Source of the DNA: a virus
Taxonomy: Duplodnaviria > Caudoviricetes
IMG/VR virus record: IMGVR_UViG_3300050138_000100
Span: 1-50,647 of that record
Reading direction: 5' to 3' (one strand)
DNA length: 50,647 bases
Below are positions 34,227-43,265 of this stretch, piece after piece. Position 1 is the stretch's first letter; each line of letters starts with the position of its first letter. The position numbers and the translations under genes were made by a program. Below the pieces are notes generated by a model, which saw only the letters and a list, made by a program, of their open reading frames with translations, made no database searches and was not told where the DNA came from.

Positions 34227-35330
34227 TCACTGCGGGTAGTGCTTTGCGATAGCATTTGCGAACTGCTCGGCTACGTGCTGGTAACTGAACGCCTTATGCG
34301 CCCACCGGCTGCGCTCTTTAGCCAATGATCGCCGGTACTCGCGATGGTCATAGGCGAAACGCATGCAGCGCTTCAAATCTTCGTAATCGCTCTCAACCCA
34401 GTTACCGACAGGCCCCCATTTAGGCGGGTACTTCAAGGCTTTCGACTTGCCGGCCGACTTGACGGTCAGGCTAAACCTGTGTCTCGGGTCCATCAGCTCG
34501 CGCATGCCCGTATTGTCGGCCATTATGCAGTCCATACCAGTCGCCATCGCTTCGAGCGGCGGCATACCAAAGCCTTCGCCCCGGCTCGGGAACACGAAAC
34601 AATCGCTGTTAGCCATCAGCTCGTACATCTGTGCCTCGCTGTACGGCGCGTCGATAATCCTAATGTCGCCCAACTCCTTAGCAAATTCTAAATTGCCATG
34701 CGTACCGGACTGCGTTTTGACGATCAGCGTCACGTCGTCCTGGCCCTTAAACTCGTCCATGAAAGCCGATATCACGGCGCCGCTATTTTTGCGCAGCGTC
34801 AGCGTCCCCATAATCATAAACGTGAACTTCTTACGCTCCTTGCGCTCGATGTACGGGAAAGCCTTCGGGTGGACGCCGTTGTGCATGACTTCGATCGGCA
34901 CTGTCACGCCGTTTTCGCGGAACATCTCGACGCAGAATTGGCTCGGCGTCAACAGCAGATCGAGCTGGCTGTTTATTGACTTGGCAGCCGTCGGGTACTT
35001 GCCGGTCCAGTCGCTATAGCCTTTAGGCATGGTGTCGGTCTCAAACATCGTAAAGCCGACGCGATATGGATAACTCTGAATCAAGTGAAAGTCGCCCGGG
35101 AAGGCATGGCAGACGCCTATGTCTGCGTGTCCCTGCGGCTTGCTGAGCAGCGCCTGGCCCTCTTTACTGACGTTACCTAGCGGAATGTACTGCTGGACGT
35201 TAAACGGCACTACGTACAGCTCAAACTCGGGCAGGCGGTCGATCGCCAGTGCCGTCTGTTCGCTGCTGCCGCTGTAACCCTGGCCGCCGCTGAATGTTCC
35301 GTGCCATGCGATCTCTATAGGCTGTTTCAC
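34227..35330 (-). CDS. GT-B (GT4-like) glycosyltransferase
   Basis: SDCFVFPSRGEGFGMPPLEAMATG (EX7E), RKN, HNGV; GTG start after GGAGACAAC. Confidence 0.9.
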   Translation of the reverse strand: MKQPIEIAWHGTFSGGQGYSGSSEQTALAIDRLPEFELYVVPFNVQQYIPLGNVSKEGQALLSKPQGHADIGVCHAFPGDFHLIQSYPYRVGFTMFETDTMPKGYSDWTGKYPTAAKSINSQLDLLLTPSQFCVEMFRENGVTVPIEVMHNGVHPKAFPYIERKERKKFTFMIMGTLTLRKNSGAVISAFMDEFKGQDDVTLIVKTQSGTHGNLEFAKELGDIRIIDAPYSEAQMYELMANSDCFVFPSRGEGFGMPPLEAMATGMDCIMADNTGMRELMDPRHRFSLTVKSAGKSKALKYPPKWGPVGNWVESDYEDLKRCMRFAYDHREYRRSLAKERSRWAHKAFSYQHVAEQFANAIAKHYPQ

Positions 35331-35483
35331 GTTGTCTCCGTTCATTTCCTTGATTATATCATAAGTTGCTGCTGGCTAGGCAGCTGGGGGTCGGTTCCCC
35401 GTGACAGCGACATCAGCTGTTGGCTGTCATACACCGTGCCTATGTCACTATAGCAAATGCTCTATGTAACTTCTATGTCAACT

Positions 35484-35512
35484 AAAAACCGGCCGCCGAA
35501 TTGCGACCGGTT
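35484..35512 (-). terminator. intrinsic terminator after the major capsid gene
   Basis: AACCGGTCGC-AATTCG-GCGGCCGGTT followed by TTT. Confidence 0.8.
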
Positions 35513-35532
35513 ATACCTGCGACTGCGAGGTA

Positions 35533-36600
35533 CTAGGCTGAGACCGTGAACTTCACGGCGCCGAACTGACCACCGAGAGCGGCCAACAGTGCGCGTCGAG
35601 CACGAGCAACCAGCTGCGTAACGATCAGTCGGCTAAGGTCGCCGTCTCCACCGTCAACACGAACGTCGTGCTTGATGTACTCTTTGAAGTTGCCCTGGCC
35701 GGCAGCGACGAGGTAAAACTCGCCTTGCGGCACGCCTGGGTAGTAGTACAGCTTTCCACCTACGAAGCAACGGGCTCCGTCGTAGAAAATGAAGTCGTCG
35801 ACACTGAACTGGCTCTTAGCGATACCAGGCGTGAAGTCGGCCAGCATGTCGGCTGCCAGAGCAGTTTCAATGCTAATCCGATCAAGGCTGGACGCCAGAA
35901 TCTTACTACCGGACGGCAGAATCGCCATTGCAGCTTCCAGAGCTTTCAGCCAAGTAGTGCCGGTAACAGCTTGCGCCGTACCGAAGTCACCAGTTGCTGG
36001 ATTACCCCACTGCGCGATTTTAGCCGGCAGGAAATTACCAGTCGCGTTCGAGCCCGAATCGGTCGTACCATCATACGTACCGGTAAAGATCGCGCTCAAG
36101 TGCAGGTGGTTCAAAAGCCAGTTATAGCTTTGACCAAATGACGCGCTAATGTCGTCAACCCGCCAGGTCTGGTTGTATTCAACGATATCCTCGTTGTACT
36201 CCATACCTGTAGCCCACGTGTGGAAGCGGACCGTCCGCTCGACGCCTGGCCCCATGCTGCCAAACTTAATTTCTCCACCTTCGAACTTTTCCAGGAACAC
36301 CGTCTGTACCTGGCCGAACTGGTTCTCGATCATTATCAGCGGAAAGTTCGGGTCCACAACGGTCGTGTAGATATCGGTGTACAAAAGCGGCACGGCTGCG
36401 CGAGCAGCGGCCAAGTCGTACGTAATTTTCTCGACGAACTGAATAGCACCATCGGACGTGCCGATCATTTCAGCGATAGTAGCCTTGCCTTCGTTAAAGT
36501 CAGGACTCCATTGCGGAACTTCAAGTGCCCCACTAGCCATTTCACTAATGACTTTGCGCTGGGCGTCGATACCAGCTTGTGTTAAATTAAAGCCTTTCAT
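35533..36600 (-). CDS. major capsid protein
   Basis: 355 aa, after the protease and decoration genes, followed by a terminator; EGGEIKFG motif. Confidence 0.8.
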   Translation of the reverse strand: MKGFNLTQAGIDAQRKVISEMASGALEVPQWSPDFNEGKATIAEMIGTSDGAIQFVEKITYDLAAARAAVPLLYTDIYTTVVDPNFPLIMIENQFGQVQTVFLEKFEGGEIKFGSMGPGVERTVRFHTWATGMEYNEDIVEYNQTWRVDDISASFGQSYNWLLNHLHLSAIFTGTYDGTTDSGSNATGNFLPAKIAQWGNPATGDFGTAQAVTGTTWLKALEAAMAILPSGSKILASSLDRISIETALAADMLADFTPGIAKSQFSVDDFIFYDGARCFVGGKLYYYPGVPQGEFYLVAAGQGNFKEYIKHDVRVDGGDGDLSRLIVTQLVARARRALLAALGGQFGAVKFTVSA

Positions 36601-36620
36601 AGCTTATTCCTTCCTGACGC

Positions 36621-37037
36621 CTAAGCAGTCAAATTAGGTAGCACTTTGGCCCAAACAATGTTGTTCGCGTCTTTGGCTAACGTTATTTTTAATACGGCCC
36701 GTTTGCTGGTGTCGCTACTGATAGCGCCTGGGGGGGTCGTCGGGTCCAAGTACAGGACATTGCCCTTAGCAGCCGAAAGGCTGCCAACGTCGAACTCGTA
36801 CTCATCTTCGTCGATCTCCAGAGCTATAGTAGTGCCTGGTGCGCCGGCGGTCATCGCCACACCATGCCAACCGTCAATATAGACGAGCTGACCTTTCAAC
36901 ACATTAACTCCGCTAGGTACTACTACGTCGACAGCTTCAGCGTCACTACGGTGGTTTTCAACACCTTGAACCGGAGCAAGCGCAAATACTGTGCTAATTA
37001 GACTACCAGAGGGCGGATTGATTGCAGTTTCACTCAT
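36621..37037 (-). CDS. head decoration/cement protein (DUF2190-like)
   Basis: KGQLVYIDGWHGVAMT...G.VLYLD...AKDANN. Confidence 0.7.
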   Translation of the reverse strand: MSETAINPPSGSLISTVFALAPVQGVENHRSDAEAVDVVVPSGVNVLKGQLVYIDGWHGVAMTAGAPGTTIALEIDEDEYEFDVGSLSAAKGNVLYLDPTTPPGAISSDTSKRAVLKITLAKDANNIVWAKVLPNLTA

Positions 37038-37039
37038 AA

Positions 37040-38128
37040 CTATTTCTTACCTTTCTTGCCGGCTCCATCGCCTGGCTTACTCGTCCAACTTCGCTTCCTG
37101 GTCCGGCCTTCCGGCTGGGTGATCGACGGAACCAATGCAGGCTCGCGGTCGGTCATTTCACGAATCAGGGCTTTACCTTCTTCGCTATCCAAAACTTTGT
37201 CCACAGTCGCGCTAACGTCAGCGTCGTCGGTCATCTCTGACACGACTATCCGGCGAAGCACCTTACGAACGGCGGGGTTGCGCACCTTTGCGTCCAGCTC
37301 CTTGTCGATCTTGCCGTCACGGATATCGGTCTGCATTTCTGCAATTCGTTCCAGCGGCTTATCACCGAGCTTTTCGGTGATGGCGGTCATTTCCGAAACT
37401 ACTTCATCGTGCTCCGCTTTCGGCACGGCTCCATCGGTCATTTCCGAGACTAGCTCAGGATTGACTTCACGTAGTTCGTCGGCTGTTGCCGACTTCAAAA
37501 CTTCTTCACGCTTCATGCTATCTCCTCCGTTACTATCGGACATTTCGGCCGTTACTGAGAACAACCCTAGCGTCTTGACGCCTTCGGAACCCGGTCGGGC
37601 CCAATCCACACTCTCGAGCACAAAATCGGAAATTCGACGAGCGTCTATAGCTCTATCGTACACTGCTCGGCCAGCGCCGTAAACACTGACTGCAATTTTC
37701 TTTCCGGCTTTCTGCGCTCGACGGAGATAGCTGCGACGCTTCGTAGCTTCGGGTAGAACATAACCTTTGGCAAACAGGCGTACCTTGCCAGCGGTCTCCA
37801 AAACTTTAGCGCCGAGCCAGATCGTCTCACACTCGGGGGTCTTATATGCACGTTCGTCCTGGGACAGATGACCCGCATACCCGTCAGGGTGATTTGCGTT
37901 GATCTGCTCAGCGATAGACAACAGAGTTGCCTTATCGTAAAAGCGCTTGTTTTTGCTCACGCTTTCATTCAGAACTTCAATAGTAACGAACATCGGATTG
38001 GGATCGTCGTCAACCATATCCTTAACGAGCTTCGGGTCCAATGCAATCAAGTCACTAACTCCGTCAGCAGACATCTCTGCGATGGTGGCTTCTACTGGTG
38101 CGTAGCCCGTGACCTTTACGTCTTTCAA
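37040..38128 (-). CDS. prohead protease/scaffold
   Basis: SKNKRFY...GYAGH...VSVYG...LESVDWA; repeated (I/V)xEM motifs also present in capsid and portal. Confidence 0.75.
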   Translation of the reverse strand: MKDVKVTGYAPVEATIAEMSADGVSDLIALDPKLVKDMVDDDPNPMFVTIEVLNESVSKNKRFYDKATLLSIAEQINANHPDGYAGHLSQDERAYKTPECETIWLGAKVLETAGKVRLFAKGYVLPEATKRRSYLRRAQKAGKKIAVSVYGAGRAVYDRAIDARRISDFVLESVDWARPGSEGVKTLGLFSVTAEMSDSNGGDSMKREEVLKSATADELREVNPELVSEMTDGAVPKAEHDEVVSEMTAITEKLGDKPLERIAEMQTDIRDGKIDKELDAKVRNPAVRKVLRRIVVSEMTDDADVSATVDKVLDSEEGKALIREMTDREPALVPSITQPEGRTRKRSWTSKPGDGAGKKGKK

Positions 38129-38224
38129 GACCCTATCTCCGTTAATGTTTTTGGTCGGCTAGACTGCCATAGTCGCGCTCTACGGCGCTTGTTAACATCA
38201 TCATACTGCTAATTGCTGGCAACA

Positions 38225-38626
38225 TCAAGTCTTTGTCGTGTATTGCTTTTTGCCGCCCGGCGGCGTCACGGTAGTCGTGACAACAGTGCTGTCGTCATCG
38301 TCATCATCACCGTGCTCATTTTTATCGTCGGCTTCCTCGAGAGCTTCTCCTTCACCGTCTTTCGGCGGGTCGACCGGGTCCGGCGGATTTTCGTCATCGT
38401 CGGGCGCATTATCGTCCTTGAACGTCACGTCGGCCACCACCAGCTCGCCGTTCTCGACTAGCAGGCTTGTCTTCGTATTACAGCGCGGGCACGTACCGAG
38501 CAGGTCAAAATCGTTGCCGCGTACCACTATCTGTTGCTTACCATGCACTATGTCGATCGTCTTCGCACCAAGCAGGTGTCCAAAAACAGCCTGACAATTC
38601 GGGTTAGAACACTTAATTCGTTTGAT
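38225..38626 (-). CDS. zinc-ribbon protein with acidic tail; probable ATC start
   Basis: AAGGAG-8nt-ATC; IKRIKCSNPNC...CPRC needs the extended start to have four Cys. Confidence 0.55.
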   Translation of the reverse strand: MKRIKCSNPNCQAVFGHLLGAKTIDIVHGKQQIVVRGNDFDLLGTCPRCNTKTSLLVENGELVVADVTFKDDNAPDDDENPPDPVDPPKDGEGEALEEADDKNEHGDDDDDDSTVVTTTVTPPGGKKQYTTKT

Positions 38627-38674
38627 AGCGTCATCTCCTTTCGCCCAGCCACAGGGCGTATTACTGCAAACAGT

Positions 38675-39601
38675 TTACGACAAATCGCCGCCATCTACAA
38701 GCGCCGCGATATCGTCAATGCTCATTACTCTTACGACCCAGTCGCACAGGCAGAAATTATGGCTGTCCGGCTGGGCGTCGTCCGGCCCGTACGGATTAGC
38801 GGCTCCGTTGTCGTCGCAGACGTCCTCGATCTCGTGCGTGGCGCTGAGCACCCAATCAAAGCCTTCGGCCCAGGGCTTGTCGGCATAAAACTCGTCAGTC
38901 GCCTGACGGTACATATCGCCGCTGATCGTTCGCTCCAGATCGTAGACGTTCGTCTGAAAGCTGCCGGCCATCACGTCTGCCGGTATGGCGTTGTCGACAT
39001 ATTGAAAACGCTGCCTGATCGCGCTCCAGGGCCGCTGTGCCTGCTGCGTCGGCGTCGGGTTGATGTATCTAGCCAAGTTGAGCGAAATATCGCTAGCGGA
39101 CTGTCCTTTGTCCTGGCCGTACTGTATCAATGCCTGCGACACCTTTACGGCGCTAAGCGCCAACGCTGCGGTCCGGTCGTCATAGCTCAAATTATACGGA
39201 CCGGTCTGCATGGCGTGATAACGGCTAACGGCTTGCTGTGGATAATTATTTATCTGCGCCGAGAAGCTGTTCGCCTCATTGTTTGCTCCGGCAACCCGCA
39301 GGACTGGCAACACTTGCTCGACCGCCTGGTTAACCCGGACCGTAATAACTGCCTTCACGCCGGCGTCCGTGACTTCATTCATAGCCGCAAAATAAATAGC
39401 CAGCAGTGCCTTGATGTCTGACACTAACTGACTTTCATTGTTGACGGTCCCGCCACTGCTACTGCGCATAACAGCGTCGTGAATGTCGCTACTCGTTTCA
39501 TCGAGCAGCTTTTGCACTGCGGCCAGCGTCGCCAGAACTTTTAGCACGTACGGCTTCTGCTGCGCCGTGCTCTGCTTGGCGTCTGCCCGCGTTAAGGCCA
39601 T
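38675..39601 (-). CDS. head morphogenesis/minor capsid protein (MuF-like)
   Basis: ERT...WVLSATH...DVCD...PDSHNFCLC. Confidence 0.75.
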   Translation of the reverse strand: MALTRADAKQSTAQQKPYVLKVLATLAAVQKLLDETSSDIHDAVMRSSSGGTVNNESQLVSDIKALLAIYFAAMNEVTDAGVKAVITVRVNQAVEQVLPVLRVAGANNEANSFSAQINNYPQQAVSRYHAMQTGPYNLSYDDRTAALALSAVKVSQALIQYGQDKGQSASDISLNLARYINPTPTQQAQRPWSAIRQRFQYVDNAIPADVMAGSFQTNVYDLERTISGDMYRQATDEFYADKPWAEGFDWVLSATHEIEDVCDDNGAANPYGPDDAQPDSHNFCLCDWVVRVMSIDDIAALVDGGDLS

Positions 39602-39608
39602 TGCTTAC

Positions 39609-39995
39609 CTAAGCTGGCGGTGCTTGAGTATCAGTTGCACCTGCACCGGCGGCTGGGTCAGTGACAGTGTAGCCCTCGGCTTCGAGAGCGGTCTTGAGCT
39701 GATCGGCCCCAAAGACCTTAACCAAACCGGCACTTTGCACGACCGGCACGGCGGCTGCGAGCACCTGGTCGCCGACTGAATCGGTTGGCCCGGCGCTGAC
39801 GGCTGTCTCCAGGTCAGCTAATGCCGTAGCGTCAGCCTCGTTATTAGCCTTTAATGTTGCGAGTTGATCTGTTATGTCAGACATATCTTTCCCTTCTACT
39901 TTATTACGATCTCGTACTACTATTTTACGCACTTTACGTGCTTCCCGTCCAGCCCATTTTTCGGCTTCTTCGGCGGCTTCACCTAAAGTCTCCAT
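39609..39995 (-). CDS. hypothetical protein (start at 39995 or 39884)
   Basis: AAGGAGACGCGC-ATG at 39995; Ala-rich. Confidence 0.6.
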   Translation of the reverse strand: METLGEAAEEAEKWAGREARKVRKIVVRDRNKVEGKDMSDITDQLATLKANNEADATALADLETAVSAGPTDSVGDQVLAAAVPVVQSAGLVKVFGADQLKTALEAEGYTVTDPAAGAGATDTQAPPA

Positions 39996-40021
39996 GCGCG
40001 TCTCCTTTCGTTCGTCACCAG

Positions 40022-40040
40022 TATAGCGCGGTTTGCGTAA
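40022..40040 (-). promoter_or_regulatory. putative late promoter element TTACGCAAACCGCGCTATA (copy 1)
   Basis: 19-bp exact repeat of 45997-46015, running into -10 TATACT. Confidence 0.6.
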
Positions 40041-40058
40041 TTTTGGTAGTCGCATGGT

Positions 40059-40697
40059 CTAAGTCCACGGTCCTAGACTAGCGGAGACGTCAGCCCCGAA
40101 TGGCGTCAGCTTGATGTACGAGTTGGCAAGCACTTTCGCTACACCAGTCGTAGCCGCGCTAGGCTTAATCTGCGGTATCAGCGTGCCGGCGGCATTGACG
40201 CGGATAATTCCCCTGGCTGTAATAATAACGTTTTCAGTCGCGCTAACCGAAGCCGGCGTGACGACCAGAGCCGTTGCCGCTGTCGCGTAAATAGCGCTAA
40301 GCGCTGCCAGGGCGTTGCTCGTAGCAGTTTCGGCTAACGCATGATAGCCGATTGACGTCAGCGTGGCCGTGCCGCCGAACAATATCGCCCAGGTGTGCGA
40401 GGTCGTGCCGGTGTTGGTAAGTATGTAATGCAGCTCCATCAGGTAAGACATCGAGGGCGGTAACGTAACCAAGCCGTTAGTCGAACCGTTCAGGGCTTTC
40501 TCGGCGGCGCCAGTGTTCGCCAGCGTATAGTCGGCGGTGTTGGTCAGAATAAGCTGCTCGGCTACCGGCCAGATGTTGCCGGCGCTATCCAACCTGAGCA
40601 GACGGGACGGCGTCGAGTTACCCATATACAGGGAATCTTTACCGGCCGCTGGTGCTGTCGGAGTTGCTACTTCGCTGAGTTTAAGCTCGCCTGCCAT
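40059..40697 (-). CDS. virion fibre/structural protein
   Basis: TPTAPAAG...; Thr/Ala-rich beta domain ending ANSYIKL. Confidence 0.65.
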   Translation of the reverse strand: MAGELKLSEVATPTAPAAGKDSLYMGNSTPSRLLRLDSAGNIWPVAEQLILTNTADYTLANTGAAEKALNGSTNGLVTLPPSMSYLMELHYILTNTGTTSHTWAILFGGTATLTSIGYHALAETATSNALAALSAIYATAATALVVTPASVSATENVIITARGIIRVNAAGTLIPQIKPSAATTGVAKVLANSYIKLTPFGADVSASLGPWT

Positions 40698-40719
40698 ATA
40701 TCAATTATTCTACCATACA

Positions 40720-41784
40720 TTAAGCTGCCTCGTAGAAGCCCTCTACAAGAATCAACATATTAGCTCCCCAAGTATATGGGTAAGTCGGTGTTACTGACCC
40801 TTCATCAACGTTAATATCCCACGTCATCAATAGGCCGGTCGTAGTCGATAACCATTTAACCCATAATGCCCTTCCGCCAGCTCCAGAATTAGCTTGCCCT
40901 TGAGCGATTGGCAGATTTACGTTTGGCGGAGTAATTGACGTTACGGGCAACGTAAAGGTCGGTGCTGTACCCATTGATGAAGTCGTACCAAGCGTAGTCA
41001 CAACCCTAAAAAATACGGTTTTACCGATTTGCATATATTTAGCGTCGTTTGTGCCGTTGTTGATGGTAAAGTTTGCCCAGGTTGGTGTCCACGACTGCCA
41101 GGCAGAGGCCCATAGTTTAGGCGCGAAGCCATGCGCTGACGAAGACACGTCGTTGGTCGTGATGTCACTAAGAGCCAGTGCTAACTCGCTCAGCGTCCCG
41201 CCGCCGGGGTTATTCTGGTGATTGTGCACGGCGTTTAGGAAGTTGGCAATGGCCGGTAAGTTGAGCGTCTTATTAGCCAGTATCTCAGCACCGCTGAACG
41301 TCGGATAAGTCACTACTTCCAGCGAACTTGTGGCTGGTACTTCCAAGACCTTCGAGACGCCAATATCCAGCAAACCTTCGGCCATGAAATCCGTGCTAGG
41401 CGGTAGTATGACGTCTTGCGTCAGCCTGGACTGCGAAGCAAAGACGTTAGCCGCGTCCGGCGCAATCCCTAGAGCCGTGCTCAGGTACGCTAGGTCGGCG
41501 TACGGCGCTATCTCCAGCGTCGAGGTGCTCGGCACTTCCAACGTGAAAGCCGCGCCTATTTCCAGCTTGTTGTCGTACACAAAATCAGTCGAGGCTGTCA
41601 GCAGCAGGTTCTGGACCGTAGCATTTAGCGAGTTGAAGACGTTGCCTTCTAAAGCTGTCGCGCCGCCGGTGATCGAGGTATCGACGTAGTTCTTGGTGGC
41701 AGCCTCTTGCGGGTTCGTCGGGTCCAGGACATTGATAATCTTCTGGCTGTTCATGTCCTGAACAACTAGGATTTTCCTTGCCAT
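40720..41784 (-). CDS. fibre/adhesin protein
   Basis: DMNSQKIINVLDPTNPQEAATKNYVD fibre motif; internal LEVP repeat; C-terminal domain shared with 26730..27254. Confidence 0.7.
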   Translation of the reverse strand: MARKILVVQDMNSQKIINVLDPTNPQEAATKNYVDTSITGGATALEGNVFNSLNATVQNLLLTASTDFVYDNKLEIGAAFTLEVPSTSTLEIAPYADLAYLSTALGIAPDAANVFASQSRLTQDVILPPSTDFMAEGLLDIGVSKVLEVPATSSLEVVTYPTFSGAEILANKTLNLPAIANFLNAVHNHQNNPGGGTLSELALALSDITTNDVSSSAHGFAPKLWASAWQSWTPTWANFTINNGTNDAKYMQIGKTVFFRVVTTLGTTSSMGTAPTFTLPVTSITPPNVNLPIAQGQANSGAGGRALWVKWLSTTTGLLMTWDINVDEGSVTPTYPYTWGANMLILVEGFYEAA

Positions 41785-41787
41785 GAC

Positions 41788-43245
41788 TTAACCTATAATC
41801 ACGACTTTGTAGGCGTTCGTGGCCGGAGCTACAGCGAACGTGAATGTCGTAACGGTCGTGCTGGTCTGGACGATATCACAATCGACTACCGCGTCAGTCG
41901 CGGCGTCCCTAATCTGACAGATGACATCTTTCGTACCCAGGCCATGCGTCACAGCGATGGCTGTCGTGCTGCCGTCGCCAATCGTCGCCGTAAACTTGGC
42001 GCTGCTAAACCCACCGGCGCCGTTACCTTTCAGAATAGACGTGCCGGACGTGGCGGCCGCGTAGTCGGTCCCAGCAACGGCAACCGAGAAGTTCGACGTG
42101 CCGTTACCCTTAACTATACCGGAGATCGTCGCAACGCCCGTACCACCGTGCGTCGGCAGCAGGACACCAGAGTTTTCAATGCTCAGCGAGTTACCGGACT
42201 TCGACAGGCCAGTCCCGGCGCTAATCTCGCCAGCGCCAGAGAATTGCGTGAAGGCGATGTTATTCGTGCCGTATGTGAACGCGCCGGCCGCGCTTGGCGT
42301 GCTGACTACGTAGCCAGCGGCGGCGTTAACCGTGCCAGCTTCAACGAATACGAAAGCGCCTTGCGGGGCGTTAGTGCCGGACAAATCAGTTACACGCGAT
42401 ACAGATAAGTTGGTCGTAGCGTTCGTAACGGTGTAGATACCGTTACCTGGCTGCGTCGAGTTTGGCGAACCGACACCAGAAGCCGAGGGAGCGTCTTTAA
42501 TCAAAATCCGGTCGCCGATAGCCGGTGAAATACCATCGAGCGTCGTGCCGGCAATAACCGTTACCGAGCCAGACGCGACCGTGAACGTTTCAGTACCAAC
42601 AGTCGCTACGCGGGCCGCTGCCTTGACTAGCAGACCTTGCGAGGTAGCGTCAACATAATTCTTGGTGGCGGCGTCCTGGGCGGCACTCGGATCGACTACG
42701 TTAGTCAGCTTGTGCGTGTTCATGCTGAAATCAGCCGTCGGCGCACCGTTATCGTTCAGCGTGGCGTTCGCGAAGCCACCGGAACCATTGCCTTTAAGCG
42801 AACTGCTGCCGGTTGTCGCCGGCGCGTAATCGGTACTCGATACGGCGTTAGCGAATCCACCAGCACCATTACCCTTCAAAATCGCGCTACCGGCGGTCGC
42901 TACGGCGTAATCCGTACCGGCAACAGCGGCACTGGCAACACCAGAGCCGTCAGACTTGACTATTCCAGCAGTCGCGTAATCAACGATCGTCTTGTTCGAA
43001 CCGGACGAAACTTTCAGCCGGCCGGCGCCGCCCGAGTTGCTGGTCTGTAGAACGTTGCCGGCAGCCCCGGCAGTTGCTAACGTTTGCCAGGTCGCGCCGT
43101 CGTAATACAAATAGGCGGTCGCGGTCGTATCAAAATAAATCTGGCCTTTGGTCGGCGTGCCTGGCGCGCTCGCTAAGTTTTGGACTACAGCGTTTTGCAG
43201 TTCGTTTTTCGCTAGGTCGATCGCTGTCAAAAACTTCTTTGCCAT
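41788..43245 (-). CDS. long fibre/head-decoration protein
   Basis: DAATKNYVD, GDRILIKD, FTQFSGAG, repeated GTDYA/LKGNG motifs. Confidence 0.75.
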   Translation of the reverse strand: MAKKFLTAIDLAKNELQNAVVQNLASAPGTPTKGQIYFDTTATAYLYYDGATWQTLATAGAAGNVLQTSNSGGAGRLKVSSGSNKTIVDYATAGIVKSDGSGVASAAVAGTDYAVATAGSAILKGNGAGGFANAVSSTDYAPATTGSSSLKGNGSGGFANATLNDNGAPTADFSMNTHKLTNVVDPSAAQDAATKNYVDATSQGLLVKAAARVATVGTETFTVASGSVTVIAGTTLDGISPAIGDRILIKDAPSASGVGSPNSTQPGNGIYTVTNATTNLSVSRVTDLSGTNAPQGAFVFVEAGTVNAAAGYVVSTPSAAGAFTYGTNNIAFTQFSGAGEISAGTGLSKSGNSLSIENSGVLLPTHGGTGVATISGIVKGNGTSNFSVAVAGTDYAAATSGTSILKGNGAGGFSSAKFTATIGDGSTTAIAVTHGLGTKDVICQIRDAATDAVVDCDIVQTSTTVTTFTFAVAPATNAYKVVIIG

Positions 43246-43265
43246 GCTGCGCGTCCTTTATTTAC

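Noticed and set aside
35413-35535. Capsid read-through extension via successive in-frame TAGs
   Set aside because: The extension would cross an intrinsic terminator and encodes nothing recognisable.
40041-40049. 9-nt complementarity between the post-holin sRNA candidate and CTACCAAAA near 40045
   Set aside because: Too short to exceed chance in 50 kb.
26730-41103. Paralogous fibre domains as a DGR template/variable pair
   Set aside because: Differences include non-adenine positions (e.g. GCC versus TCG), both copies are coding, and no RT is present.
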